NCBI GenBank assembly: GCA_000997465.1
Contig: LCBW01000003.1
Coordinates: forward strand, 1 to 47,885
Length of the DNA: 47,885 nt
Origin: Parcubacteria group bacterium GW2011_GWC1_41_7
Lineage (GTDB): Bacteria > Patescibacteriota > Minisyncoccia > UBA6257 > HR35
Direction: 5' to 3'
A model generated the notes under the pieces. It saw only the letters and a list, made by a program, of their open reading frames with translations. It was not told where the DNA came from and searched no databases. Position numbers and translations under genes: made by a program. Below are positions 25,902 through 37,251 of the stretch, piece by piece. Numbering within the stretch: the first letter of the stretch is position 1; the number at the start of each line of letters is the position of its first letter.

Positions 25902-27032
25902 ATGAAATTACAAATAATAAAAAATAGTATTATAGATATAGTCCACGTAGTGGATAAAATATGTTCTCGAAAATCAGATTTAAATATTTTAAACTTTTTT
26001 AAACTTTCAGCTGAAAATGATCGTATTTTTCTTTTTGCAACAGATTTAGAAATTTCGTATTTTGCAGAAGTATCGGGAAAGATAGAAGAAAATGGTGAAG
26101 CACTTATTCCTGCAAAACAATTTTCACAACTCCTTTCAAATTTTTATGAAGATGTTCTTTTTATTGAAAAAAATGATAATTCACTTGTTATTAAAGGTGA
26201 TTACTCACTTTCAAGTTTACCTGGACTTATTGATGAAGAATATCCCCTTATTTCAACATTTAAAAAAGATCATGTTATTGAGATTGAAACTGAAATTTTT
26301 GATGAATACCTTGAAAAAGTCTATGCGCCGCTTAAAACAGCTGATATTTTTAAACCAGAACTTTCGGGGGTGTATATACACCTGCAAGGAAACTTTTTAT
26401 ACTTAGTAAGCACAGACACTATCCGGCTTACTGAAACAAAAATAAAAAAACAATTTTTTGAAACCAATATGAGCTCAATTTCAGCACTTATCCCTAAGAG
26501 AATTCTTGAAGAATACCGAAATATTAAACGTAAACCGATAAAAATCTTTATATATATAGAGGATCATCAAATTACATTTGATTTAGGATCTCAAATTCTC
26601 ACCACAAAAAGAGTTGCAATAGAGTTCCCTGACTACAAAAGGGTTATTCCTGAAACATTTGGAGTGTCCGTGTATATAAAAACTGAAGATTTTATAAAAT
26701 CATTAAAACTTACAAAAGTTTTTCTTGATCAAACAAAAGAATTAAAAATAAAGGTTATTCCCGATGCGCAAAAACTTGAACTCTATACAAAAAACGATCT
26801 TTTAGGAGAAAGCGAAAATAGTATACAAGCCGAATTTAAAGAAAGCTCCCTGCAGAAAAATGAACACTTTGTGGTTTCGTTTAATCATGAATTTCTACTT
26901 GATGGGGTTTTGGCGGCAGATGGAGAAAAAATTTTTCTAGGGCTTACTCCAACTCACGCAGAAGGAGCTCGTCCGCTTTTAATAAAATCTCCTCTTGAGG
27001 ATAACTTTATATATATTCTTATGCCACTTTAA
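25902..27032 (+). CDS. dnaN: DNA polymerase III beta sliding clamp
   Basis: 376 aa directly downstream of dnaA, with three-domain clamp length and a typical N-terminus (MKLQIIKNSIID...). Called from size and synteny. Confidence 0.85.
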   Translation: MKLQIIKNSIIDIVHVVDKICSRKSDLNILNFFKLSAENDRIFLFATDLEISYFAEVSGKIEENGEALIPAKQFSQLLSNFYEDVLFIEKNDNSLVIKGDYSLSSLPGLIDEEYPLISTFKKDHVIEIETEIFDEYLEKVYAPLKTADIFKPELSGVYIHLQGNFLYLVSTDTIRLTETKIKKQFFETNMSSISALIPKRILEEYRNIKRKPIKIFIYIEDHQITFDLGSQILTTKRVAIEFPDYKRVIPETFGVSVYIKTEDFIKSLKLTKVFLDQTKELKIKVIPDAQKLELYTKNDLLGESENSIQAEFKESSLQKNEHFVVSFNHEFLLDGVLAADGEKIFLGLTPTHAEGARPLLIKSPLEDNFIYILMPL

Positions 27033-27038
27033 TCACGC

Positions 27039-27251
27039 ATGGCATTTCGTAAAATTTCAAATTATCGCACCCCAGTTTTTTTAGCGGCACAGGAAATAGA
27101 AGAGCGTTTTCCGGGATCGGGGGTAAAAATTTCCCTGCAGCAAAAAAATATTCTTATAAAAAGAAAAAAGGTTTTAGATTATTATTCTTCCAAAGAAATA
27201 GAATTTATTGTGAAAAAACATTTTCCAAAACACCAGCTGGTAGTTCGTTAG
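27039..27251 (+). CDS. small protein, tentatively DUF721/DciA-like
   Basis: 70 aa directly after dnaN. Only weak pattern resemblance (VKISLQQKNILIKRKKV...EIEFIVKKHFP). Its 3' end overlaps the convergent PBP gene by 47 nt. Confidence 0.3.
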   Translation: MAFRKISNYRTPVFLAAQEIEERFPGSGVKISLQQKNILIKRKKVLDYYSSKEIEFIVKKHFPKHQLVVR

Positions 27252-29337
27252 ATGTAATATCTTGTTGTTGGGGCAGAGAAGCTTCACCGCCAGACCATTT
27301 TTGTACCGGATACTCCCAATTAAAAAATTGCGGATCAGATGCTGGATTTGTTGGCATGGGACCAAGTGGATTTTTTGTGCTGACATAGTAGAGAATTTCA
27401 TGTATGCCAAGGGGGGATGTCCATTGTCCGTTAAGCATAGGTTTTGCAACTGTTCTGGGAAGGGGTGAGGAAAATTGAGTTTGTGGAAATTGATAGATAA
27501 TTTGTGATATGAAATCGTGCCAAATAGGAAGTGATGCAACTAAACTTGCACCCCCGGGTTTCATAACTTTTCCATTTGTATTTCCTGACCATACCGCAAC
27601 AACAAAGTTAGGGGTGTATCCAAACACCCACGCATCGCGATAGTATTGACTGGTGCCGGTTTTAAGCGCGATATCGTATCCTTCTATTTTTGTAAGACCC
27701 AGGCTGGCACCGAATAATCCACTTCGGGCATCGTAATCTTTAAGGACATCATTCAAGAGGCGTACTGATTCGGAATCGATTACCCGTTTTTTTTCAGGTT
27801 TGTATTCGTATACTATTTTTTTACGTGTATCTGTTATTTTTTCAATAAGAGATATAGATGTTAATTCTCCATCGTTTGAAAATACTCCATACGCGCGTAC
27901 CAAATCAACCATCCTACTCTCTGCTGTCCCTAGGCCCAATGACAATCCATAATAGCGATAATCTTTTAAGGTGGTAAGCCCAAGGGTTTTTGCGTTTTCA
28001 ATAACTCGATTGGGATCTGCAAGATAGAAAACCTTTACCGAGGGGATGTTTAGGGATTCTGCAAGCGCGCGCCTTAAGCTAACGGGCCCACGAGTGGTTA
28101 AATCAAAGTTTTGGGGGCTGTAATTTCCAAAATTAGTTGGGAGATCGAAAAGGATTGTTTCTGCTGGGTATCCAAGCTGAAATAGAGTGAGGTAGGAAAA
28201 CGGCTTAAATGCAGACCCGGGTTGCCTTGGCCACATAGTCATATTTACTTGTCCACTGATTGCCTCATCATTAAAACTTCGGGATCCTACCATCGCGCGT
28301 ATTCCTCCATCACGCGCATCCATCATAAGAAGAGATGCGTTTTTCCCGCCATATTTTTTTTCATTTTGAGCCGCTCCTTTTTCAATGGCATTTTCCGCAA
28401 CGCGCTGCATATCGTAATCAAGGGTTGAAATAACGGTCAATCCAGCAGTTTCAAGGTTTGCCTTGGGAAACATATTTTCCAAAACTGCTTTTACATCAAG
28501 CACAAAGTGCGGCGCAACAATTTTGAAATATTTTTTCCCGATAGTTTTTACGGGTTTTTCTTTTGCGGTAGTGTATTCGCGTTCATCTATCCATCCCAAT
28601 TCCTTCAGACGTAAAAGAATATAGTTTCGTCTTCGAAGTACACGGGCCGCATTTTCTGGTTTTGCCGGCGTATAGTAATAGGGAGATTTTGGAATTGACA
28701 TAAGGGTTGCGATTTCTTCCCACGTTAAACTTTTTAAATCTTTTCCAAAATAAAAATCAGCGGCGGCCTTAATGCCATAATTTCCTTCGCCAAAATTTAT
28801 ACTATTGAGATAAAAGGTTAAAATTTCTTCTTTTGAATACTTTCGTTCAATTTCAATCGCAAGCACCGCTTCTTTTAGTTTTCGAGGCACTGTTTTTTCT
28901 TGAGTGAGGAAGATTGTTCGAGCAAGTTGCTGAGTAATTGTTGAGCCGCCCTGCTCAAATGAACCGCTTTTAAGGTTTGTCCATACAGCCCTTAGAAATC
29001 CGCGAACACTAATACCGCCATGATAAAAAAATTCACTGTCTTCTGCGGCTAAAAGTCCAAGCACGACATTTTTAGGAATTTCTTTGTACGACACCCAAAA
29101 TCGTCGTGTTCCCACTTCGTACAGTAGTATTTTCCCGGTGCGATCATATATTTGAGTGCTTCCACTTGACATTTTTTGTCCTAAAACATCGGGTTGTGGA
29201 AGGGTGATGCTTACCACGCTAAACCATACAAGTAAAAGTGATACACAAAAAAATACACCAACCCCCGCTAAAATAAAAATATCGCGCAATACTTTTTTGC
29301 GCATCTGTTTTTTAATATGCCGAGAATGAGTACCCAT
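27205..29337 (-). CDS. class A penicillin-binding protein (glycosyltransferase 51 plus transpeptidase)
   Basis: GT51 motifs EDSEFFYHGGIS and GGSTITQQLAR. Transpeptidase motifs SAFKP (SxxK) and KTGTS. Confidence 0.9.
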   Translation of the reverse strand: MGTHSRHIKKQMRKKVLRDIFILAGVGVFFCVSLLLVWFSVVSITLPQPDVLGQKMSSGSTQIYDRTGKILLYEVGTRRFWVSYKEIPKNVVLGLLAAEDSEFFYHGGISVRGFLRAVWTNLKSGSFEQGGSTITQQLARTIFLTQEKTVPRKLKEAVLAIEIERKYSKEEILTFYLNSINFGEGNYGIKAAADFYFGKDLKSLTWEEIATLMSIPKSPYYYTPAKPENAARVLRRRNYILLRLKELGWIDEREYTTAKEKPVKTIGKKYFKIVAPHFVLDVKAVLENMFPKANLETAGLTVISTLDYDMQRVAENAIEKGAAQNEKKYGGKNASLLMMDARDGGIRAMVGSRSFNDEAISGQVNMTMWPRQPGSAFKPFSYLTLFQLGYPAETILFDLPTNFGNYSPQNFDLTTRGPVSLRRALAESLNIPSVKVFYLADPNRVIENAKTLGLTTLKDYRYYGLSLGLGTAESRMVDLVRAYGVFSNDGELTSISLIEKITDTRKKIVYEYKPEKKRVIDSESVRLLNDVLKDYDARSGLFGASLGLTKIEGYDIALKTGTSQYYRDAWVFGYTPNFVVAVWSGNTNGKVMKPGGASLVASLPIWHDFISQIIYQFPQTQFSSPLPRTVAKPMLNGQWTSPLGIHEILYYVSTKNPLGPMPTNPASDPQFFNWEYPVQKWSGGEASLPQQQDITSNELPAGVLENVFSQ

Positions 29338-29386
29338 ATATGCAAATTTTTACTGCGTCTTTGCGTTATAACGTTATAATCTAATT

Positions 29387-31060
29387 ATGACACAAAAGTA
29401 TGAATTTGATAAAGAAGAAGAAGAAGTATTTCAAAAAATAAAAAACGACGAAGAAGAAGATATCAGTAAGCGTCTTGCACACGCATTAGGACTTCGGTAT
29501 ATTGAAGTAGGATTTCGTCGCGTTGATCCTGACGCGCTTCGCATTATTCCCGAAGCGATTGCAAAAAAACTAAAAATCATCGGCATTGAAAAAAGAATGA
29601 ATAGCCTCGTGGTAGGGGTTATTAACCCTACATCTGCTGAAATCAACCAATATATTCAAGAACTAACCAATCAGGGATTTATTGTTACAAAAGGTATTAT
29701 ATCTGAGAGCAGTTTTCATAAAGCACTAGAAGAATATCGGTTTATCAAGGAAAAAAAGGTGAGATATTTGGAGGGGTTGGATATTCAAGAGGCAATTTTA
29801 ACTAAGGTTTCCGAAGAAATTAAAGGAATTGATGACCTTAAAAAAATTATTGCACAAATTGCAAAAGAAAATCCATTTGTTATTTTGGAATATCTTCTTT
29901 CGGGGGCTTCAACGCTTGGCGCATCGGATATTCATATGGAGCCATCGGAGCATGAGATTCTTGTTAAGTATCGCATTGACGGAGTTCTTGTTGTTGTTGC
30001 GCAGTTTCCAAAAAATATTTACGTGCTTATTAAAAATAGAATCAAACTTGCGGCAAAGCTGCTTGTGAATGTTGAAAATAAGCCGCAGGATGGAAAATTT
30101 TCCATACTGCTAAAAGATCTCACTATTGACATTCGACTCTCAACCATTCCAAGCGCATACGATGAGACCATTGTTATGCGTCTTTTAGATCCAAGGTCTA
30201 TTGTGGTTGACTTAAAGGATATGGGATTTCGGACAGATGACTATGAAATTATGAAGCGCACCATAGAACTTCCGAATGGCCTTATTTTAAACACAGGTCC
30301 AACGGGGTCAGGTAAAACAACTACGCTGTACGCTATTTTAAATAAGATTAAACGGCCTGAAATTAAAATTATCACCGTTGAAGACCCTATTGAGTATCAT
30401 ATGGATGGTATTTCGCAGACCCAGGTTGATGCGCGCCATGGATATACCTTTGCTTCTGGATTGAGATCTATTTTACGCCAAGACCCAGATATTATTCTTA
30501 TTGGTGAAATTCGCGATAATGAAACCGCAGAGATCGCCATCAATTCGGCACTCACTGGACATTTGGTGCTCTCAACTCTTCATACCAATGATTCATTGGG
30601 TGCTATCCCGCGTCTTTTAAATTTAAAGGTTGAAAAAACACTTATTCCACCAAGCTTGCGGCTTATCATTGCGCAACGACTCGTTAGGCGCATTTGTACA
30701 TCATGCGGAAAGCTTGTTTCGCCGCCCGAGGACTTAAAGAAAAAAATTCTTGATATTATTGCAAATATTCCTCAGCACGCAAAAGCAAATATTGATGTTT
30801 CCAATATTCAAATTTACGAGTCCGGAGGGGGGTGCGAGGCATGTCATAAAAGCGGGTATAAGGGACGTGTGGGGGTTTTTGAGCTTTTGCGCGTTACGCC
30901 GGCCATAGAGCAAGTTGTCTATGAAACTCCATCTGAAATTAAGCTATTTGAAGTCGCGCGAAAAGAAGGATTCGTAACACTCAAAGAAGATGGGGTGCTT
31001 AAATTATTGCAAAAACTTACCACGGTTGAAGAAATTGGACGAGTGCTTGGGGTTCTTTAA
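29387..31060 (+). CDS. GspE/PilB-family secretion or type IV pilus assembly ATPase
   Basis: N-terminal T2SSE_N-like domain, Walker A GPTGSGKTTT, His box LTGHLVLSTLHTN, and tetracysteine CTSCG...CEACH. Confidence 0.85.
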   Translation: MTQKYEFDKEEEEVFQKIKNDEEEDISKRLAHALGLRYIEVGFRRVDPDALRIIPEAIAKKLKIIGIEKRMNSLVVGVINPTSAEINQYIQELTNQGFIVTKGIISESSFHKALEEYRFIKEKKVRYLEGLDIQEAILTKVSEEIKGIDDLKKIIAQIAKENPFVILEYLLSGASTLGASDIHMEPSEHEILVKYRIDGVLVVVAQFPKNIYVLIKNRIKLAAKLLVNVENKPQDGKFSILLKDLTIDIRLSTIPSAYDETIVMRLLDPRSIVVDLKDMGFRTDDYEIMKRTIELPNGLILNTGPTGSGKTTTLYAILNKIKRPEIKIITVEDPIEYHMDGISQTQVDARHGYTFASGLRSILRQDPDIILIGEIRDNETAEIAINSALTGHLVLSTLHTNDSLGAIPRLLNLKVEKTLIPPSLRLIIAQRLVRRICTSCGKLVSPPEDLKKKILDIIANIPQHAKANIDVSNIQIYESGGGCEACHKSGYKGRVGVFELLRVTPAIEQVVYETPSEIKLFEVARKEGFVTLKEDGVLKLLQKLTTVEEIGRVLGVL

Positions 31061-32880
31061 AGAGTAAATGATCCCTTAGGGTCTTTTATCAGCCGCTCAA
31101 ACGCGGCCTTTTCAATCACTTCTTTTTTAAGCAGATATTGTGCAATATCATCGAACTGTTTTTTCTTTTTATCAATGACGCGTTGCGCAAGAGCGAGTGC
31201 GTTTTCTAAAATTTTTTTCAACTCTGCATCAATTGCCTCTGCGGTTTTTTCAGAATAATTTTTTTCCGCTCCCATATCTTTTCCTAAAAATACCGCCTCA
31301 TGGGTTTTTCCAGCGGTAACAGGTCCAAGTGTTTCGGACATGCCAAAGCGAGTGATAAGTTGCCGCGCTAAATCATTTGCAATTTCAAGATCACTGCTTG
31401 CCCCAGTTGAGGTGTCTTGAAACATGGTAAGCTCTGCGGCATACCCAGCAAGAAGCACCGCCAATTCATCAAGAAATTCTTTTTTGAAGTGAAAACTTTT
31501 TTCTTCAGTTGGCGCCTTGAGGGTATATCCACCTGCACGTCCTCGTGCGATGATGGACACTTTTTGCACCGGATGAGAAAGGGGAAGGTAGTGCGCAACA
31601 ACAGCATGCCCCGCTTCATGATATGCGGCAACTTCTCGCTCCTGCTTTGACGAAACGCGAGATTTTTTTTCGGGTCCTAGGATAATTTTTTCAATTGATT
31701 CAAGTAGTTCGCTTTGAGTTATTTCTTTTTTGTTTCTTCGAGCAGTTAAAATCGCTGCCTCATTACAGAGGTTTGCAAGATCTGCACCCGAAAATCCAGA
31801 GGTGCGTTCTGATACCTGTCTCAGTTGTACGCGGCCCACTTTTTTATGCTTGAGATGAATTCTTAAAATTTCTTCACGTTCTTTGATATTTGGCAGGTCC
31901 ATTGTGATGCGTCTATCAAATCGTCCGGGACGAAGCAGGGCAGGATCTAGAATATCTGGGCGATTTGTTGCAGCAAGGACAATGACGCGCGTTTCTTTTT
32001 CAAACCCATCCATTTCAACCAAAATTTGATTGAGGGTTTGTTCGCGTTCATCGTGTCCTCCGCCAATTCCTGCTCCGCGCACACGTCCTACGGCGTCAAT
32101 TTCATCAATAAACAAAATTGAGGGGCCGCTTTTTTTTGCAAGTGAAAAGGCATCTCGTACACGCGACGCTCCGATACCCACAAACAGTTCAACAAATTCA
32201 GATCCCGAGATATAAAAAAACGGAACCTGAGCTTCTCCTGCAACGGCCCGAGCAAGGAGAGTTTTTCCCGTTCCCGGCATTCCAATAAGAAGTACTCCGC
32301 GAGGAATGCGGGCTCCTAAATCTAAGAATCGTTCAGGGGTTTTCAAAAATTCAACAACTTCTTGAAGTTCCTCCTTTGCTTCTTTGAGCCCTGCAACCTC
32401 GTTAAAGGTAATTTTGTCTTTTTCCGGATCGTATACTCGGATTCCAGAGCGCGAAAAAGTAAATGCTTGGCCCGCGCCTTTTTGCGCCTGAGAAAACATT
32501 TGCCAAAAAATCCAAATTAGAATCAAAAATGGCAATACGTTCATAAGGAGTCCTACAAACACATCTTTCCACTGAAATCCTTGCGTACGGACACTTAAGG
32601 ACGCAAGAGTTGGAGTTGCAATTTCTTGGGAATTCATAATTTCCCAAAAGGAAACCTGGGGCTCCTTTGTTGTTTTTATGAGCGTTTTATCTGCTTTTTC
32701 ACCAAGAAGCTGGTCTTCAAATATAACAACCTGTTTTACTTGGTTGTTTTTAATTTGTTCCATAAACTCAAACAACGTGACCTCTTTTGATGCTCCTTTT
32801 TCAAGGGCAGAGAGTATGCTGCCGAGCGCAAAAAAAACAACAAGGGTTATTATGATATATCGAGTCCAGTTATTTCTCAT
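31057..32880 (-). CDS. ftsH: ATP-dependent zinc metalloprotease FtsH
   Basis: Walker [19 protein letters not shown], zinc site HEAGHAV, and two N-terminal TM helices. Confidence 0.95.
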   Translation of the reverse strand: MRNNWTRYIIITLVVFFALGSILSALEKGASKEVTLFEFMEQIKNNQVKQVVIFEDQLLGEKADKTLIKTTKEPQVSFWEIMNSQEIATPTLASLSVRTQGFQWKDVFVGLLMNVLPFLILIWIFWQMFSQAQKGAGQAFTFSRSGIRVYDPEKDKITFNEVAGLKEAKEELQEVVEFLKTPERFLDLGARIPRGVLLIGMPGTGKTLLARAVAGEAQVPFFYISGSEFVELFVGIGASRVRDAFSLAKKSGPSILFIDEIDAVGRVRGAGIGGGHDEREQTLNQILVEMDGFEKETRVIVLAATNRPDILDPALLRPGRFDRRITMDLPNIKEREEILRIHLKHKKVGRVQLRQVSERTSGFSGADLANLCNEAAILTARRNKKEITQSELLESIEKIILGPEKKSRVSSKQEREVAAYHEAGHAVVAHYLPLSHPVQKVSIIARGRAGGYTLKAPTEEKSFHFKKEFLDELAVLLAGYAAELTMFQDTSTGASSDLEIANDLARQLITRFGMSETLGPVTAGKTHEAVFLGKDMGAEKNYSEKTAEAIDAELKKILENALALAQRVIDKKKKQFDDIAQYLLKKEVIEKAAFERLIKDPKGSFTL

Positions 32881-33922
32881 ACGAAAGAATCAATTTCTTT
32901 TCTGTCGGATTTATTTCAATGATTTTAAATGTATGTGTTGATCCTACTTCAAGCTCTTGAATATTTTCAAAGACAATACCGCGAATACCGCGTTCAACTT
33001 CAATAATCACAAAGATATCTTGGTTGTTTTCAACGACAGTTCCTTGGAGGGCATCACCTTGGTTGTGTGACTTTTCAAAGGTAACCCACGGATCTTCACT
33101 TAAATCTTTTATAGACAAGTTTACGCGGTCTGAATCTATTTTTATGATTTTTACTTGAGCTTCATCTCCAATTTTAAATCGTTCTTCAATATCTTGCATT
33201 TTTTCTGGAATTTCAGAGATGTGAACCAATCCTTCAAGCGGGGGATTATCTTGAAATCGAATAAAGAGTCCAAACGCGCTTACCCCCACAATGCGCCCAG
33301 AGATAATCTGACCCTCTGAATATTTTTTTAGTTCTTCGTGATACGATTCGCTCATTCCTAAGCGTTCGGACAAAATAAGTTTTCCCGACGCCGGATCTGA
33401 TGAAATAATGCGAAGTGAAAGCTCTTGGGCCACCAGTTGCTTAAGAGTTGCAAGAATAAGATTTTTATCGTCTCCTTGAACTCGTGGGTAATGCTGCGGA
33501 GTGAGCTGGGAAACAGGAACAAATCCACGCACCCCCTCAACTTCAACAATGAGCCCTCCCCGGTTTGCCTCTAGAACAGGAAGGCGCAAAATTGTTTTAT
33601 TTTTAATGCATTCTGAAATTTTTGCCCACTTATTGATTTCCTGTACGTCATGCAGAACAATTTCGTAGTTTCCAAATCCATCATCAACGCCAAGTATTTT
33701 TGCAACCACTTCTTCTCCTTCGCGCACGCGGTCAATTAATTTTTTGCATGCTTGATATTCCCGCCCATAAATGCGCCCTACTCCGTAATGAAGAAGATCA
33801 ACAAACATCTCTCCGCGGCGCTTTTTTAACACAGTACCGTTAATAAGTGACCCGATAATGATGTTTTTAGGGAGTCGCAAAAACTCTGATTTTTGGTTTT
33901 GTGCCGGCTTTCTATTGATCAT
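32870..33922 (-). CDS. multi-S1-domain RNA-binding protein (short ribosomal protein S1-like)
   Basis: Repeated S1 OB-fold blocks (GTVLKKRRGEMFVDL, GLIVEVEGVRGFVP, GRIVGVSAFGLFIRF, GTVVENNQDIFVIIEVE). Confidence 0.7.
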   Translation of the reverse strand: MINRKPAQNQKSEFLRLPKNIIIGSLINGTVLKKRRGEMFVDLLHYGVGRIYGREYQACKKLIDRVREGEEVVAKILGVDDGFGNYEIVLHDVQEINKWAKISECIKNKTILRLPVLEANRGGLIVEVEGVRGFVPVSQLTPQHYPRVQGDDKNLILATLKQLVAQELSLRIISSDPASGKLILSERLGMSESYHEELKKYSEGQIISGRIVGVSAFGLFIRFQDNPPLEGLVHISEIPEKMQDIEERFKIGDEAQVKIIKIDSDRVNLSIKDLSEDPWVTFEKSHNQGDALQGTVVENNQDIFVIIEVERGIRGIVFENIQELEVGSTHTFKIIEINPTEKKLILSYEK

Positions 33923-33978
33923 TAATTTTTTTTGCGGCGCGTCTTTTTAATAAATGATGAGCGGCCGCCACACAAAGA

Positions 33979-34461
33979 ATGAAAATAAAAAAGCTTGAAA
34001 ACGCGTGTCTTATTGAGCTGGAAAATTCAACAAAAATATACTTAGACCCTCAACGGGTTGTTGAAGGCAGTGTCAATATTGTAACAGAACCAGCGCAAAA
34101 TGTACATCATGACACAAATTTCAACCTTCCGGGGGAATATGAATTAAAGGGAATTTCCATTTACGGGTATTCTGGAAAAACCTATTCTTTTGTCATATCA
34201 AACGATATAAACATTTTATACACACAGGGCGATTTACCTGAAAAAATGGCCCAAAAAATACAAGAACAATTTGGCGCCATTGATGTTATTATTATGAAAA
34301 ATTCTAAAGATCTCTCTGACCTAAAAAATCGCTTTAAAACAAAGGTTTTTGTCACTCTTGATAAAGCCGTTCAAGTTGCTGGGTGCGAGATACAAAAGGG
34401 TAAGGAAATTAGCCTAAAAAAGAACAAATTAGAGCCAATTTGCCATTTTTTACAAGGATGA
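33979..34461 (+). CDS. hypothetical protein, possibly an MBL-fold-like domain lacking the HxHxDH motif
   Basis: The N-terminus MKIKKLENACLIELENSTKIYLDP resembles UPF0173-type MBL proteins, but no metal ligands are seen. Confidence 0.3.
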   Translation: MKIKKLENACLIELENSTKIYLDPQRVVEGSVNIVTEPAQNVHHDTNFNLPGEYELKGISIYGYSGKTYSFVISNDINILYTQGDLPEKMAQKIQEQFGAIDVIIMKNSKDLSDLKNRFKTKVFVTLDKAVQVAGCEIQKGKEISLKKNKLEPICHFLQG

Positions 34462-34664
34462 AAAACGAAAAACTTCGTATTTTTTCATACACCATATCTC
34501 TTTTTATTATTATTATGTTCTTATGGTGGTTTCAAGGTGGACACGTCGTGTCATTTTTAGGTCCGGATCCAGCTCCAAGCGACATTGTAGTTATTGGTAC
34601 CGCAAACGCCCTTAAGGCAGGAGGAGCGAATGCTGTTCATGCTATACGGGGAATTTTTAGATAG
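34458..34664 (+). CDS. small membrane protein, unknown function
   Basis: ATG at 34458. One TM helix (IFSYTISLFIIIMFLWWF). Confidence 0.35.
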   Translation: MKNEKLRIFSYTISLFIIIMFLWWFQGGHVVSFLGPDPAPSDIVVIGTANALKAGGANAVHAIRGIFR

Positions 34665-34750
34665 TAACTTTGAAAATTTCAAAATTAAAATATTGAAAAA
34701 TTAAAATTGCCGTAAAATAAAAAACCTTTTGTTATTAATCTGTATATTTT

Positions 34751-37084
34751 ATGTCCGAACATATATTTGATCGTTCCATTAGCGAAGAGTTAAAACAATC
34801 TTATTTGGATTATGCGATGTCGGTTATCGTATCGCGTGCGCTTCCTGATGTGCGCGATGGATTGAAGCCCGTTCAACGTAGAATTGTCTATACCATGCGC
34901 GAGCTTGGACTTTTGCCGAGCGCGAAATTTACTAAATGCGCAAACATCGTGGGAAATATCATTGCGCGATACCATCCACATGGGGATATCTCCGTTTATG
35001 ACGCCCTCGTTCGATTGGGGCAAAATTTTTCATTGCGATATCCGCTGGTATGGGGGCAGGGAAACTTTGGATCGATTGACGGAGATCCTGCGGCGGCATA
35101 TCGGTATACTGAAGCAAAACTGACTAAAATTTCCGAAGAGCTTATCGCGGATATTGAAAAAGATACCGTTGATTTTGCGCCAAACTATGACAATACCAAA
35201 AAAGAACCCGTTGTTTTTCCCTCAAAGGTTCCGCATTTACTGCTGAATGGATCTTTGGGTATTGCAGTTGGTATGGCAACAAACATTCCAACGCACAACT
35301 TGGAGGAGGTTATTGATGCGACTCTTTTTTTGCTTGATAACGAAAAAGCAACCATTAAAGATCTTCTGCAGATTATTAAGGGACCGGATTTTCCAACTGG
35401 AGGTATTGTGTACGGACAAAAATCGCTTGTGAAGTGTTATAGCGAAGGACGAGGGGGAATTACCGTGCGTGGAAGGGCGGTTGTTGATGAAAGCAAGAAA
35501 AAAGATCGCATTCTCATTACCGAAATTCCTTGGCAAGTAAACAAGTCAGATTTAGTAAGACAAATTGCGCTTCTTGCCCTTGAAAAAACCGTTCCGCAAA
35601 TTAAGGATGTTCGGGACGAGTCTGATCGGACGGGCATTCGCGTTGTTGTGGAATTGAAAGATGACGCAAAGCCGGAAGTAATTTTGGAGCGTTTATTTAG
35701 GTTGACTGATTTGCAGAAAAATTTTTATTACAATCTTGTTGCCATTCAAAATGGTATTCAACCGAAACTTTTCAATTTGAAAGAAATTTTAGCTGAATGG
35801 ATCGGGCATCGCAAACAGGTTATCTATCGCCGGACAAAATACGATTTAGATCGGGCAAAAGAGCGCATTCATATTTTGGAAGGGTTGGTGAAGGTGCTTG
35901 ACAAAATAGATTTAGCAATTGGGATCATCAGAAAATCAAAGGACAAAGAAGACGCGAAGGTAAATTTAAAGAAAAAATTTGTGCTGTCTGACCGGCAAGT
36001 AGAAGTTATTTTAGAAATGCCGCTTCGCACGCTTACCAACTTAGAACAGCTCAAAATAAAACAAGAACTTGATGAAAAAAATAAACTTGCGCGAGAATTG
36101 GAGGCAATTTTGAAGAGCCCGAAGAAAATCGCAGATGTTATTAAGAAAGAACTGTCTGAAATCAAGACAAAATACGCAGACAAGCGTAGAACAGAAATAC
36201 GAAAAGAAGAAATTGAGGGGGGATCGGATGAAGAAGAGATTATTGATGAAAACATTGCGCTCTTGGTAAACCAAAGGGGATTCGTGCGGACATTTGCGCA
36301 AGATACCGCGCTGAGTAAAATTGTTAAAAATAAAGAAGAATTTGGAAAAGTGTACCTCATCAATACGAAGGAAAAAATTTGGGCAATGAGCCGCGGAGGA
36401 CGCATGTATCAGGTCCAATCAGCACAGTTTCACCAGAGCGAAAAATATTTAGAGTCGCTTTTGACGCTTGATAAAGACGACCATATCTTTAAAACATTTA
36501 TTGCGCAAGAAACCGACACCCATCTTTTTATAGTGACAAAAAACGGTTTTGGAAAAAAGTTAAACATCCAAGAGGCGCTGTCACAAAAACGCACAGGAAC
36601 ACAAGTCATAAAACTGCAAGAAGGAGATGAGGTTGTTGATGTTATTCCCTATTTAAAAAATAATTTTTTTATCGTAACAAAAAAAGGAATGAGCCTTGCA
36701 TTTAAAGATACCCTAGGAGAGCAGGGAAAAACTGCTCGTGGGGTCAAAATTATGAATGTGCAAATAAAGGACGGAGATAGTGTTCTCTCTGCTGGTATAT
36801 GCGAAAAGAAGCTGCTCCTTCTTGCTTTTGAAAATGGATTTTGGAAAAAAGTTGATATGGGAGAGTTTAAATTGCAGCAACGCGGAGGAAGGGGTATTAA
36901 AATTTTTGATGAAAACGAGAAATGGGGAGTGCTTGTACACGCAGAAACTATCAATCCTGACGCACATGTGTGGTATGCGAATGGCGGCGTTGCGCAACTT
37001 GATGTAGGAAAACTTAAAACACAAAAACGTACCAATCAGCCGCAACCTGCAACACAATCAGTTTCATCAGTTATTGTTTTGTAG
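34751..37084 (+). CDS. gyrA: DNA gyrase subunit A
   Basis: [15 protein letters not shown] and the active-site region [12 protein letters not shown]-terminal beta-pinwheel repeats. Confidence 0.93.
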   Translation: MSEHIFDRSISEELKQSYLDYAMSVIVSRALPDVRDGLKPVQRRIVYTMRELGLLPSAKFTKCANIVGNIIARYHPHGDISVYDALVRLGQNFSLRYPLVWGQGNFGSIDGDPAAAYRYTEAKLTKISEELIADIEKDTVDFAPNYDNTKKEPVVFPSKVPHLLLNGSLGIAVGMATNIPTHNLEEVIDATLFLLDNEKATIKDLLQIIKGPDFPTGGIVYGQKSLVKCYSEGRGGITVRGRAVVDESKKKDRILITEIPWQVNKSDLVRQIALLALEKTVPQIKDVRDESDRTGIRVVVELKDDAKPEVILERLFRLTDLQKNFYYNLVAIQNGIQPKLFNLKEILAEWIGHRKQVIYRRTKYDLDRAKERIHILEGLVKVLDKIDLAIGIIRKSKDKEDAKVNLKKKFVLSDRQVEVILEMPLRTLTNLEQLKIKQELDEKNKLARELEAILKSPKKIADVIKKELSEIKTKYADKRRTEIRKEEIEGGSDEEEIIDENIALLVNQRGFVRTFAQDTALSKIVKNKEEFGKVYLINTKEKIWAMSRGGRMYQVQSAQFHQSEKYLESLLTLDKDDHIFKTFIAQETDTHLFIVTKNGFGKKLNIQEALSQKRTGTQVIKLQEGDEVVDVIPYLKNNFFIVTKKGMSLAFKDTLGEQGKTARGVKIMNVQIKDGDSVLSAGICEKKLLLLAFENGFWKKVDMGEFKLQQRGGRGIKIFDENEKWGVLVHAETINPDAHVWYANGGVAQLDVGKLKTQKRTNQPQPATQSVSSVIVL

Positions 37085-37251
37085 GGATTTTTTAATGGCT
37101 ATCTTAGGAATCTATCTTTCGTTTAATTGTAATAATAAAGTTATTGTGACCCATATAAATCTCGCCTAGGGGATATAGAGAAAATTGGTAGTATACGTTA
37201 TCCGAGTTTTATTTTCGAATTTTGTGCTTCGAATTTATACTGTTTATAACC

